Positions 36,934 through 49,600 of a DNA stretch of 64,000 nt are shown here, in pieces (position 1 is the stretch's first letter; every line of letters starts with the position of its first letter). Below the pieces are notes generated by a model that searched no databases, was not told the origin of the DNA, and saw only the letters and a program-made list of their open reading frames with translations. The DNA is from Klebsormidium nitens (lineage: Eukaryota > Plantae > Klebsormidiophyceae). The stretch covers positions 1 to 64,000 of the forward strand of contig DF237054.1 in the NCBI GenBank assembly GCA_000708835.1, written 5' to 3'. Both the position numbers and the translations under genes were made by a program.

Positions 36934-39376
36934 ATGTCCGTCCTTCGAAAGCCTGAGCTCCTGTCCGGCCATTCATCCTCTGTCCTGTGCTGCGAGGTGA
37001 ATGGTACGGGCCAGCTTTTGGTGTCTGGAAGCGAGGACGCAACCGCCCGTCTCTGGGACCTCCGTACATCAGAATGCTGCCAAACTTTTGAGGGTTTCGG
37101 AGACAATGATGTCACATCGGTCACTTTCTCAAGGACTCATGAGCACCAGCTTTTTGCGGCGGCGGGCACCACTGTCAGAGGCTTTGATTTTCGAGGGGGA
37201 GGGGCGTGCGACGCTTTTGCCAGGTAAGGGCAGGGCTTTGATTCAAGTGGTGCGGCTGCATGTCCTCAAGGGCCTTTGAAAATCATCTTGGAATCGCCCA
37301 CATTTACTTGCAATGTATCGAACTTCATGATTTCTTATGATTCGACTGTTAGAAGTTCTTCCCCTGGTGTATTGATCTTAGGCCCTTGCTGGGCTCTTGT
37401 GGGGCGTCCCTTATATAAAACCCAGGGATCAGGCAGACCAGAACAGCATTTCGATTCCCTGATTCTTCAGTCAGTCCGTGCGCTTGCCTGGTATATCTCC
37501 ATGCTCTGGTGGTGGTGTTTCATTCAACTCGGAAGAGAATGTCCAACTGACCCCAACATCAGCTGCTCTGCAAGGACAACACCACTTCCTAGGCCCCGTA
37601 CACACCTGAACCTATCTGAGTCCAGGACCACAATCGTCAGCAAAGGTTCATGGTCCTTCTAACAAGAATTGGAACCTCTTAGACACAGTTTGGCGATCAA
37701 CTTACAGGTGGGATCGACCAACAACAATTTCTCCCTGTACTCGCAGTTATGAGTTCAACCGCGACGAAATCAACCAGGTGGCCGTCAACCGGAAGGGCAC
37801 GTTCCTGGCTGCGGCGGATGACAGTGGGGAGGTGAAAATAGTGGACCTGGCCACGGGGTCAGTGTTCAAGACACTCAGGGGGGTCCACACAAACATATGC
37901 AGCGGGGTGCAGTTCCATCCAAAGAAGAGCTGGGAAGTGGTGACGGGGGGGCTGGATGCCAAGTAAGAACAGTCCCGGACCTCCTTGATTCCAGTGGCCT
38001 TCTCTTTGCAACCATACCACTAGAACAACGCATGCTGTAGACATATTGAACAGGGTTTGGACGGTGATGCCAAACATGTATCATAAACGTCGCTGACTGC
38101 AGACCTCTGCTATTAGACTAGTTGAATGGTCTTCAAATCACCATCCAACCTAGCAAACGCCGTTTTCTTCGAGAACGCCGTCCGTTTGTCTCGTTACTGG
38201 CTGGAGCTACTTCTTGGATACCTTTAGAAGCGCAAATTGACGTGATCAGGCAGTAAAACGGCACAGGCTCGAGACTCGCTCGAGGTGAAGTTTGCATCAA
38301 ACTGACGTATCTCTTGGTAGCCCTCAGCAAGACGCTGTGCACCTTCTCAGAGCCGTTGGTCGCTTTTCCTTTTGTCAGTTCAAAGCCCATTTTTCGGGCC
38401 AAAGAATGAAACATTAACGAGGAACGGTTTCCCGGCTGGCCCACCAGCTGAGCAGTCGTGGGACTACCCTCATCAGACGGCGTTCTTGGTAAAATTGTAT
38501 CCAAATTTCGTCTTCGAGAAAAGTCAGTGGACAAGGGCGTGAGGTCGTTCTGTGCTGACCTGCTCGCTGATGTGATGCAGGCTGGTGACCTGGGATTTCT
38601 CCAAAGGCCGGCCTCTACAGGTCTTCGACCTCAATGAAAACGCCCGCGCAGGGTCCGAAACGTCAACTCAGCTCTTCAATCCCCCCCTGGTTCACTCGGT
38701 CGCCACCCCCCCGGAAGATTCGTTTTCGGATGCTGGACACATGGCAGCTGTGTCCCAGGGGGACGGGGCCGTCGCAGTCTACGACCTCGATTATCGAGAC
38801 AGGCAACAGTCAGGTAAAAGCGCAAGTTCGAGAGGGGCAGCGAGCGCAAAGGGCGGGGGGCGCTCACACGGAAAGAGTCAAAAGAACTCGAGGATGGGTG
38901 ATAGGAACTCGGACGAAAGCGGAAGGAAACGGGAGGATGCTGGGAATGGTGGGGACGAGGAGACGAGCGTGCCTGGGCGGCGGTGCTGCTTTGGAGCAGT
39001 GCACGGGGGGCATAAGTCAGTGGCAGCGTATGCCGGATTTGCCCGATTCGGGGACCCGGGTGAGTTTCTGATTTCAGGCGGAAATGATGGGTGTGTAAAT
39101 CTATGGCGGTGGCAGGAAACTGCTGAGAATCGGGGAGAGGCCGAGGGGGAGAGCGAGGGAGAAGGACCGAGTCAGTCGCGATCTTGTGCTTCCGGAGACG
39201 GGTCTGAGGACGGAAGACAGGTGTATTCAGGCGCTCGAAAGGAGACTGCAAAACCGCTCCTGCTTAGCTTGAGGCATGCGAAGAAGGTGAACTGGTTGAC
39301 CACAAGCCCACAGGGGAATGGCAAAGTGATCGTGGCTGACACTTCAAGACACTTGCGAATGTACAACTTTCAGTAG
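36934..39376 (+). CDS. WDR53: WD40-repeat protein, WDR53-like; exons 36934-37223, 37747-37962, 38581-39376
   Basis: LSGHSSSVLCCEV...LVSGSEDATARLWDLRT; YEFNRDEINQVAVNRKGTFLAAADDSGEVKIVD; VHTNICSGVQFHP...VTGGLDAKLVTWDFSKGRP; FLISGGNDGCVNLWRW; terminal KVIVADTSRHLRMY. Splice phases are consistent. Confidence 0.85.
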
Positions 39377-40271
39377 AAACATTTAGAGATGCCTAGACCG
39401 TAATGCATTCATCGTTATGCTATCTTTAGTGCAACCATTATAGTGCGGTGGGTCGCATGAATGAGGCTGGGCTCACTGTCAGGCCCTGAGAGCTAGATTC
39501 GCAGGCTAGCTACGATGCCTGCAGCTGCACCTAGCTGGCCCTTATATCGAATCACTACAGAAGGCGACAGAGCTTGCCTTGATTGCCTTACCATTATGAG
39601 ACGCCTGCCTTTCGCATCAGTGGCACAAACTGATTAAAACATTGACAGCAACCGAGGCCACGGGCGCCTCAGAAATGACTGCATGAACGTATCGAGAATC
39701 GATTGCCTTGAAGGGATCGGTGAGTCCGCAAGATCCGCCGATAATCCGGCTCGAATTCTACTTGTATATAAATATGTGAATCCAACCATGCTCTGGGGCC
39801 GGCACCCTCGTGGCCGCTACAACATGCATGATGGCCTATTCAACACATATTGGCATGCCGCATGATCGATCCAGCCAATATTTTTCCAACGACTGAGAAG
39901 ACTAGGCTGGACGACTTGCACTGGAGGAATGATTGTGTAAGGGCGCACACCCTATTCGGTTGGATCGCGCCATGCATGCTCAAGGGTAACATACGGGACT
40001 GAAAATAGGTGTTCCTAGCTGCGAGTCATCATTGCAAACGAGATGGTGCAGCTCTTGAACTGCTGAACCTCGGAGCTGAGCAACGCAAAGCTAGAGATTC
40101 GATTCGCAAACTATAGAACAAGCAAAGCAAGCTTCACGCAGTCGCTTCGGTAAAACCAACGTGCATTCGTCTGTGTTCTCCCCTTGTTGAACATATCGGA
40201 CGTTGATCAGAAGGTCGATGTACAGTAAGAATGGGGCTGAACACACCGCAGTGCATGCTCAGGACCAGGTA

Positions 40272-42341
40272 CTAGGATGTCAAAGCAAGGTTCATAAATT
40301 TCCGTTTTGAAAAGGCGAGCCACCACTTGTTAGGGCTGCCGTCAGGGCTGAAACACTTTTCCAGTAGCCGACTACTGGTCTCTTCTCTTGCTTGTTTCAA
40401 GTAACTCCGGAACAGATCTGCATATGTGGAAGACAAGCTGTCGTCAGGAACAAATGTTACGCCCACTCAAGGAGCGTCGAAAGCATGGAGTAAGAATCAA
40501 CGTGTGGACCACTTGAACGTATTTTTGCACTTTCTTTTAACCGTTGGAAGAAATGGAATCCCACAGGACCGTTTTGGAGTATGCAAGTAAATAAATCCTT
40601 TTCTTAGTAGAATTTTAACTCCACTGAAAGAAAGAGCTCAGCGGATACTAAGCAAGCGTTGTGACAAAGCAAGCTGCTTGAACAGTCACTTGAAAACGAG
40701 AATCAAGAAATACCTTCAGGCCAGCGCCGGCATGCTCTGTTTTCGCCAAACGGATACAGAGTTTCTCAACCTGACCTATTCTCCTCTTCCATTCGAGCCA
40801 GTCCAAGTTCTCCGACTGTCCAACACCGTTGGACCACTCATCAAACCTCAAGGCCCCCTCTCTGCGGGGCTGGCAAGTAGCATAAAGTTGCACCCCTCAC
40901 CTGCTTCGTCTTTCGTTCGGGCCGGGCTGAACAGCGCGTTCAGCGGGAAGCCCGGCTCCCCTGGGAGCGCAAACTTGTCAAGCCCCATCATGATGAGCAC
41001 TTTGACACCCTCCGCATCCGATTTGCAGCCTTCGAGCTTTTTCAGGCACAGGCTGATAAAGAGCGTGAGATACACCAGCAGCTTGTCGGAGGAGCCCTTG
41101 ACCTCGAACTTGCGGAACAGGACGTTGGCGCGAAAGCACGTCAACGCCTCGTCGAGAATGTCCTCCTTGCCTGCGAGGTTCCAGGATCGAGAGAGCTGGT
41201 GAGCGAAGGGCACAGGTTCCGAGCACAGGAATGCCGACAGAATGCTGCGGTTCATGAAAGGTTGTGGCGGGCGAAGGAAGCGAGGGGCCGCGACACTTGA
41301 TCCTGATCTTTCGAAACCTGCGGAACAGGACTCGACTTGGAGACAAGTCAGGGCTTCGTCCGGGTGTCTTCTGCCTGCGACCCAGACACAACCCAGGGAA
41401 AGGGTACAGAAATATGGTCACTCTGGCCTGAGACACCTCTTGGGGATCGACCTGAAGTAGATAGTGAGTTTACTGGATGAAGATGTGGATGAAGATGAAG
41501 TTTCAAAAGAATCCAACTTGCAAGTGGGTTGATGGCGGAGTGGTACAGACTCATAAATCAAAAGACATGACCTCCTTGGTCTTGGGCGGAAGAGAATCGC
41601 ACCTGTCTCAATCGCAGCAGCTGGCCCACGTGTGCTAGTCCGAAGGGGGAAGATAGTCAGCCCGCAGGCTTGCTGAGCCCCTTCTTCATCTGTGAAGGTT
41701 GAGTGGTACACCTGGGGGAAATTGGAGGGGGGTTCTGATTCATGCCACCATCTGACGACCTTGATGCAAAGACAAGCGTCCAAAATTTCCATCTTGGTGA
41801 TCCAATCACTCCTCTCTGTCTGTGGAGGCAACAAGGGGGGGCAATTTCGGAACAAGGTGCCAATGAAGGTATCTCAGCAATAACCATACCTGGCCAGCCC
41901 ACAGTTTCCACTGAAAACTTCTGATCGTCAATTAATCCAGAAACACTGTTCCTTGGTATGCTTTGAGAAGGCACTCGTCAATATTTAGGCATGGCAACCC
42001 TGACTTTTGATAGATCTTAAAACCTCAAATACATGGTGGTTGTCGAGCTCGCTAGTAAACTTTGAATGTGGGCCTCCAAATCAATCGAATTATAACAAGA
42101 GCTACTGGCGGCAGAGGAAAGCAATCTAGAATATGAAACTTTCAATACGTGGTGGTGGTCGAGCTCGGAAGTGAACTTTCAGCGTGGGACTCCGATTGAA
42201 TCTGACGAGAACAAAGGCTACTGGCGGCAGAAAAAAGCACTCTATCAATTGAAACTCAATGCATCATGGAAGATTCATGGAGGTCTTGCACTTCTTTAAA
42301 AAGGTGCACCAAGGCAATGCTCGCAAATGAAGGCTCACCAT
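40272..42341 (-). CDS. ARPC3: Arp2/3 complex subunit 3 (p21-Arc); exons 42341-42339 (ATG only), 41711-41603, 41170-40901, 40417-40272
   Basis: MVYHSTF..., EDILDEALTCFRANVLFRKFEVKGSSDKLLVYLTLFISLCLKKL, FALPGEPGFPLNALF, DLFRSYLKQAREETSSRLL, PNKWWLAFSKRKFMN. All phases are consistent. Confidence 0.96.
42030..42245. repeat. Intronic ~116-bp period direct duplication in ARPC3 intron 1
   Basis: GGTGGT(T/G)GTCGAGCTCG...GCTACTGGCGGCAGA occurs twice. Confidence 0.8.
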
Positions 42342-42436
42342 GATAGCAATCGCATTCGCGGGCCTTCGGAGTTCACAATCTAGAAGAACAAACGCTTGCA
42401 CGATCCAAGGCTGCTGTACACAACCATCACGTACGC

Positions 42437-42457
42437 AAACCCTAAAATGGATGGGCT
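42437..42457 (+). promoter_or_regulatory. Possible telo-box (AAACCCTAA) plus site-II-like TGGGCT in the divergent ARPC3/RZ1 intergenic region
   Basis: Both motifs read directly. This pairing is known in plant promoters of RNA-processing and translation genes, but short motifs also occur by chance. Confidence 0.3.
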
Positions 42458-43038
42458 TTCAAAACACCATGGCCCCCCTTGTTTCAGGGCTACCTCTCAG
42501 CAAGGCTCCCCTTAGTCAGCAACTCCAGCACCCGTATGCATCCACTCTCGAAGCAGGCCCCAAGGCGCCCAGCTGCCATCCTCCAGAGCATCAGCTGCAG
42601 ACCAGACCTCAGGTCTGACGTGGCGGCCGCCACGGCGTCAGGTGGCAGAGCTCTCCTGCTGCCATTCTAGGTTTTACTCGCGGTCTAGTTCGTCAAAAAG
42701 CAATCCTCTTCGGGACTGGGTGCGCAACATATCCATCGAATCAGTTGGTTCTACTCGCGCCATATTGAACGGAGCATTCGGCTTCAAATATCGTTAAGAC
42801 ATGCCAGAGCCGTCGATTGGCTCGTATCTTCCTCACCCGCAGGGGCTGGGACCAACTTAGACCGCAGTGAGCTGTAGAGGACTCGTCGCCTTTCTGTTTT
42901 CCAACGGGCAAGGCAGGCAGGGCCGCGCTCACTGTCAGCGCCAGCAAAGGTTAAGTTAGAGCTTTCATTGACAGGCGGACGCACCATTCTTCTGCGCCTT
43001 CTTTCTTCCTGTAGGGCTTCCCTTCTGTAGTAGGAGCC

Positions 43039-45498
43039 ATGGGTGACGACACGTACGAGGATTTCAGGGTCTTTGTTGGCGGGCTCTCATGGAACACCGA
43101 CGATAGGGGCCTCGAGGATGCGTTCTCCAAGTTTGGAGATATTGCTGATGCCAAGGTCAGTATTTGATTCAGCTTTGAAGGTCCGTCGTGTCAAGTTCCT
43201 CAATTTGACCTTTTACTTGTGCTACAGATTACATTCAGATACTTCTGTTTGTTGAGAGGCCGATTCGAGCATTTTGTTTAGAAACGCCTTACTTGATTGC
43301 AACAGGATTTTGGAAGAATATGTTTGATATGGTCTCTTTACCCGCAGATTGCAGTTCTAATTTGCCAGTGAAGATTGTGCGTGTTTGCTTGCTTTCAATT
43401 CTTCCTGAAATTTGAACAAACCATTTTGTTGATTGCAGCACTGGAATCAGGCTCTGTGTGTCCAGGCAACATGAATTGTACCCTGTCATTTTCAGGATTT
43501 GGAGTTGATGGTAATGGTGCACTGCTCGGTTATTTGTCTTGATGCCTTGACGCAATGTGCTTCAGTTCCACTTGAGTTTGTTGAAATCAGACTGTGTGCA
43601 TTATTGACCAAATATTCCTTGTTTCAGGTTGTCAATGAGCGGGAGACTGGTCGGTCCAGGGGCTTTGGCTTCGTGACCTTCAAGGACGACAGATCCATGC
43701 AAGACGCTATTGACGAGCTGCATGGGAAGGAGCTTGATGGACGGAACATCACTGTCAACAAGGCTCAGCCGAAGGGTCAGCGGAGGTTTGATGACAGGGG
43801 GGGTCCTGGGGGCAGAGGTGGCGGCCGTGGGGGCGGCGGTGACGAGTGGTGAGTACATGCAGTCATGATCGAATGCCTGTGCTCAAAAGGAGCAAAATAA
43901 CATTCTCCTTACTGTAATCACTCCCTGGCGCTTTGACTCAAGCACTTCTGAATATCTATCTGATGATATTCTTTGCTGTCAGTATGGGTAGTTGCTGTAT
44001 GGGTAGTTGCTGCACTAGTCCAAATGATCAATGTACATGCAAATTGCTGAAATACGATTCGTCTCATTGCATCAAGGCCTCCGTTTCTGCTTGCCTTTGA
44101 CTGGGAGGGCCGTCCTTGTCCTTGATTTACCATCTAGGTAAACATATTGTCCTTCTGTCTCCCATCTGGTGCAATGAGAAGGATTCTCTCACGCAATCCC
44201 TCTCTTCTCTCTTGCAGCTACAAATGTGGCGCGCCTGGTCACTTTGCTCGTGATTGTCCCTCGGCTGGTTATGGAGGCGGCGGCGGTGGTGGTTATGGTG
44301 GCGGTGGGGGTGGTTACGGTGGGGGAGGCTATGGAGGAGGCCGCAGGTGACACGACAGAATTTTGTGCACTGGAGCCTGCTGACGCCTGCTGACTGACAC
44401 GAGTGTTCAATGGGGGAGGCTGGAGTTCATGTTCAAGGCGTTATGAGGACTGGGGTCACAGCTGATGGCCTTGGTGGAGATGAAACGTGCCAAGTCGTGA
44501 AGTGGATGCAAGTTCGCAGATGCAAGTTCTTCTCAGTTGGGGAGAGGGGGTCTTGTGCCAAGGTGCCAACTTTCAGCGGGAGGGTTTGAGCGATCGCGAA
44601 CGTGTGAATGAAGAGTCCCCGAAGAAGCACCAGACGCTTAAAGACAGGGGCAGCCCTTGCCTGTCGATACTCAGAAAAGCCAATTGATCAGCACGAGGGT
44701 TCAGTTTGCAAGCACTTTGGGGTGATGCTAGAGGGACACTCGGTCGGGAAGGTTCTGGAGGTTTTCCAAGAGAGATCGAGAGCGGGGCTGTCCACTTTCG
44801 AGCACCTGTTCTTCGTCAAGACTGCCAAGACTGCAAGAGACAGAGTGGTTGGAGTTGGACAAGTTTGGTCGTGGTGCTGGAGTGGCAAGTTTGTTCCTGG
44901 AGGTGGCGGGTGGGAGGGGGCCATGGCGTGTTACTTTGGTTACTTCGTCCAAGCTGTCACTTGTTCCATGCTGCTGCTTACTAAAACCCTACAAGAGAGT
45001 GCTGGCTTCTGCAGGTAAGTCGCAGGTAAGTTTACATCATTGGGAACCCTAATTTGTCCTGACTCCAAAACATATGGTCCGAGTTCAGGGAAACGACCAC
45101 ACCAGGAGCACCACCGTCAACCAAACAACATCGATTGAGTTAAGCCATTAAAAAGAGAGGACAATCAGCTACAGAAATCGGTTCTCCTTTGTCCAATCCT
45201 GCACTTTTGTTAGGTTGGCGGAGGACCAGCGCGACAAGGTTGCCGACTTTATATCCTTTTTGTTTTGGTGTTTTGGAGGCCTGTTCTTGGATGCGGCCGG
45301 TTGGCTTGTTGACACGTGTCCCGGATCGTTCCTGGTATCAGTGACCGTTACGGTGGAGGCGGTGGTGACCGGTATGGCGGTGGTGGCGGTGGGGGTGGCT
45401 ACCGTGACCGCTCGCCTCCTCGCGGGGGCGGCGGCGGCGATCGTTATGGCGGCGGCAGCGGCGGAGGTTACAGCGAGCGTCGGAGAGACGAGTACTGA
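43039..45498 (+). CDS. RZ1: Glycine-rich RNA-binding protein with RRM + CCHC zinc knuckle (RZ-1 type); exons 43039-43155, 43628-43848, 44218-44346, 45342-45498
   Basis: RNP2 VFVGGLSW, RNP1 RGFGFVTF, zinc knuckle CYKCGAPGHFARDC split across exons 2/3, Gly/Tyr-rich runs and a terminal DRY/RDRSPPR exon. Confidence 0.93.
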
Positions 45499-46685
45499 GA
45501 GGGGCCTGGTTCATGCTAGCAAAGATGCATGGGCCCCTGTGTTTTAGTTCTAGTGAGTCTGAATGGAGCCAGGCAGAAGTCTGATGTTTGCTTTGCTTGT
45601 TTAAAATATGCGTCACTACTTGCTATCTGCTCGTTTAATTACCCTCCTGAATTGGTGCTGTCTCTCTTCCCAACAAGAGATGCTTCATCTGGCCTCTCTC
45701 TACACCTCTTGCTGTAGTTGACCACTCAAGTCACATACCTAGTTCTCAACATTGGTGCCAGATTATTTAGAAGCCCTGTTCAAGACCGGGTCTGACCCTG
45801 TACGAGTTGTAGGCCTTGGTAGTGGAAGGGTGACCTTCTTGGCCCGTGCATGACCACCTCCAGCCAACAGTATAACAGAGTTTCTTGGTGCACCATGCAA
45901 ATGAAAGGTAGATTGCGGACTGAACACTTTCAAGCGAAATTGAAACCGGTTCATGCGATCACACTTGTTATTGTTTCCAGGTTCAGCGAAGCAACATAAG
46001 TCTCAAACGATCTATCATCATTTCCATAGCGGGATGCTCCTCACTGACCCTTCCAAGTCGGCTTGTAGAGGGGGTCCCCGAGATTCGACGTGAGGCTGTA
46101 GCCTGTTGACTCCTCTGCTAAGGGAACTTTTGACGAAACAAAACAGCGCAACATGAGTTACATGCATCCTTGGTGTTCAATGCGATCAAAGAGCGATGAC
46201 CCGGGCCTGTGTGCTTGATTATGATCGCGCAACCGCGCATGTACGAGGCCTGTCTTTGCTGACATTGTGCACTGCGTTGTGCATTAAGTGACTGTTTGCC
46301 ATGCATCTGTGTACAGGAAGTTCAATGTGCGAAGTCAACTGCAGCATCGGCTGGGCCGCGCTGCATATAATGACTCGGAAGGTCAATTGTTTCATATGCT
46401 GACAACATCAAGATAAAAAAACACATATTTGGGCCGACGGTTATCACTGTCAATAACGTGGTACATGGCGAGGCTTGTAGTACAGATTGCAACTGAGGCA
46501 AATGAGTCCGCATTCGTCCAGAAAATTGTTCACGTCCCTGATAACCCAGATATTTTGGGTCTGAGGTAACTGGCACATGAACTCTCACCCACATCAGGGG
46601 GAGTCGAGGTTACCTCTTGCGTGCAAGTGTTGAATGACATCCACCGATCGAGAGTCAGTGTCCGGGTGCTCCGACAAGCTACACA

Positions 46686-49600
46686 CTAATAGTATGAACG
46701 GATTCTGGTCCTTTGGTGTGGGAGGGGAATCGGCTGTGCCACTCCTTGCCGCTCAAACGCACGATAGATAGCCCCGTTCTTGGGAATCGCGCGCGCTGGG
46801 CTGCGCACAGTTGGCGCCTTCCTCTTCAACGCACATCTATCACTACCTAGTGTTGCAGTGCCTTCGCGCACCAACTGACTTTGACTCGCCCCTTGGTCTA
46901 CCGATTTCCCGCCGTTAGCATCGTGACTTTCGCACTCTCTCTGGCCTGCCCGGAACGCGCCGCTGCGATTCCGCTTCCGACCGAAGGAGTCTTCCCCGTC
47001 CGTAATGTCTGCCTCTCTTCTCCCGTCCCCCACTTTTCGTCTTCCCTCCGTTTCTAGAGCAGCTTCCCTCAAACCATCGTTCCGTTCCGTTCCATTCCGT
47101 TCCCGGTCGCTCGCCTCCCCCGGAATCTCCGCACTCCCACCTTTCAGCCTTGCGCTCGGGGGAAGCCCCGTGACTTCAACCACCTCCGACGTGCAATTTG
47201 ACTGATCAGGCAAACCGTCACATTCAGGGGGAATGTTCTCTTTTGCAAGGCTACCCTTCGCTTTGTCTTTTCTGCTTCCTTCTGAACAACCTTTGGGACT
47301 TATTGTCATTGGGCTCGCTTGCCCAGCGCTTTCCTGCGATGCACTTTCCTGGAGAACATCGTCTCGAAACCCAGTAAACAACCCCCCCGGTTCTCCACCC
47401 CGTTCCACACCCCCACAAGGGGCAAGCTCGACTTGCAAACCCCCAGCACCCCCCTGGCTACCTCGAACCTCTTCAATACACTGCCCCGAAACCTCCCCCC
47501 CCCTTCCTCGCCCTCCAAATCACCCCCCCCTGCGACGACGCAAAATTCATGGGGGGGGACGGCGGCGCTTCCGGCACGAACTCGTCCCACTTCTCGAGGG
47601 AGGGAGTCGGATCCACATCCTCCCGACCAAGCGTTCCTTCCAGAACCCCTTTCGTTACCATCCCCTCCGCTTCGTCTCCGGCCGCCCCCATCTTTTCATT
47701 CCCTGACGAGTCCCCACGACTTTTACTCGGGCTCCCTTTCAGCGACCCCCCCTCGGCAGCTTCATCCTCGCTGTCAGCAGAGGGATCCCCCTCGTCCGCC
47801 CGGGGCACTCTACCGGGCGCCAGGTCCCGCCGGACGGGCCCAAGCCAAGTGCTACTTAAGCCTCCCCCGCTAACTCTCCCGACCACTGTGCGAAGCTCGG
47901 TGCCCATCTCGCCAACGAAGTGAACCACGTGGCGGGGCGCCAGGATCTCGACGGCGCGCATCAGCTCGGACCTGTAATGACGTCAGCAGGCAGGAACGGG
48001 CTCAGCCCGGGCTCCAGCGATTCAGTCCAGATTATTACGCAAACCGATATGGCCACCCTCTAAAGCAAACAATCACGGAGCACTTCAAAAATCGGATAGG
48101 GATAGGGATCGGAGCAGCAACAGTGTTTGGAGGACGCATTTGTGGGCAGATTCCCACCTCGATGAGTGCATCGAGAAGAGCACTCGGTAGATGCCAAACG
48201 GGTCCTGCCGGGCGACCACGGGCTGCTGCCACACCGGAGGCACTGCTGGCAGCAGGCCCATTCCCCGGGCCTTCTCAGCATCACCGGGCACGTCCTCGCC
48301 GTGCACGAAGAACTGGGAGGACGGCCGGATGAACACCGGGGGATCCCCCCCGGTCTCCACGGCCTTGCGCTGGGCTTCTTCCGCACGGCGGCCGAGGGCC
48401 CGGCCGTCGCACAACTGGAAGGGAAAATGCGAGCAGGGATGAGAATGAAGAGCCTCTCCAGCATCACCGGGCAGGTCTTCAACGTGCACGAAGAACTCGG
48501 AAGGACGGCCGGATGAAGACCGGGGGATCCCCCCCGGTCTTCGCGGCCTTGCGCTGAGCTTCCTTGGCGCGGAGACCGAGCGCCCGACCGTCGCACAGCT
48601 TAGGGAAAGAGAAGAGGCTCGTGAGGGTGGAAATCTGGTGAGCCACTGAACATCGCTTCGATGGGGCAAAGAATGCAAACTTTGCAGATAGACGAGGACG
48701 GCTGGATGAAAACCGGGGGATCCCCCCCGGTCCCTGTGGCCTTGCGCTGGGCTTCTTCTGCGCGGCGGCCGAGGGCCCGGCCGTCGCATAACTGGAAGCG
48801 AGACAGGGGGCGTCAAAAGTAAGAGTTTGATCAGCATGCTTCAGGAAAGAAAGGAGAGGTAGTTGAGGAGAGGGGACGCTGGCAACAAGAAATGACGACA
48901 AAGACGGCTCTCAAAGTGGTTTGGAGTTCGTTGCTTGGTAAACGGACCCAGAACTATGATCGCAATTTGGATCAAAGAAGTCGTTCTAGAAAGGACCATA
49001 CGATTTTTCTGACGCCCTGATTGAAGCACAGATGTCGAGCATACGACGAGTATAGCCTCGGTTCCTGAACCAGTGTGGCCTTAAGGTCATCAATTATGCG
49101 CAACTAGTCCGAGAACTGCTGTGGTTCTTGATCACAGGCCTCCGCAGATCGGAACAGGTTAGGAAAAACCTTTGTAAAAAGGCGTTGCCCCGCAGTACAC
49201 GCCAGGACAAGAATCCTTCGAGACTTGGTGAGAAACATCCAAAATTAGCTTCAATTCAATGATTACCCGTTGGGCGCAGTTGACAAAGGTGCCAAAAGAG
49301 AGAAAGTCGAATCTTATCAGGGGTTTGTGAGTGTCACATTGGGCAGAACACTCACGTGGAAGCGAGTCGACTTGGATTCGTTCACCAACCACTCCGGGTG
49401 CATGAACGTCAGATCGTCCCACCTGCGACAAGATGACGTCACCCTGTCAGCTCAACAGCGGCGGAACGGTCTCTACGAATCCTGTCCGTGGAGCTTTGAG
49501 GAGCCCTGCTCGAGATGTGGCCCCCGAAAGTCTACCTCGAATATGCTCCTCAGGCCAAGACAGCAATTGAATACGCACAAAGGAACCCAGGGACTGTAAG

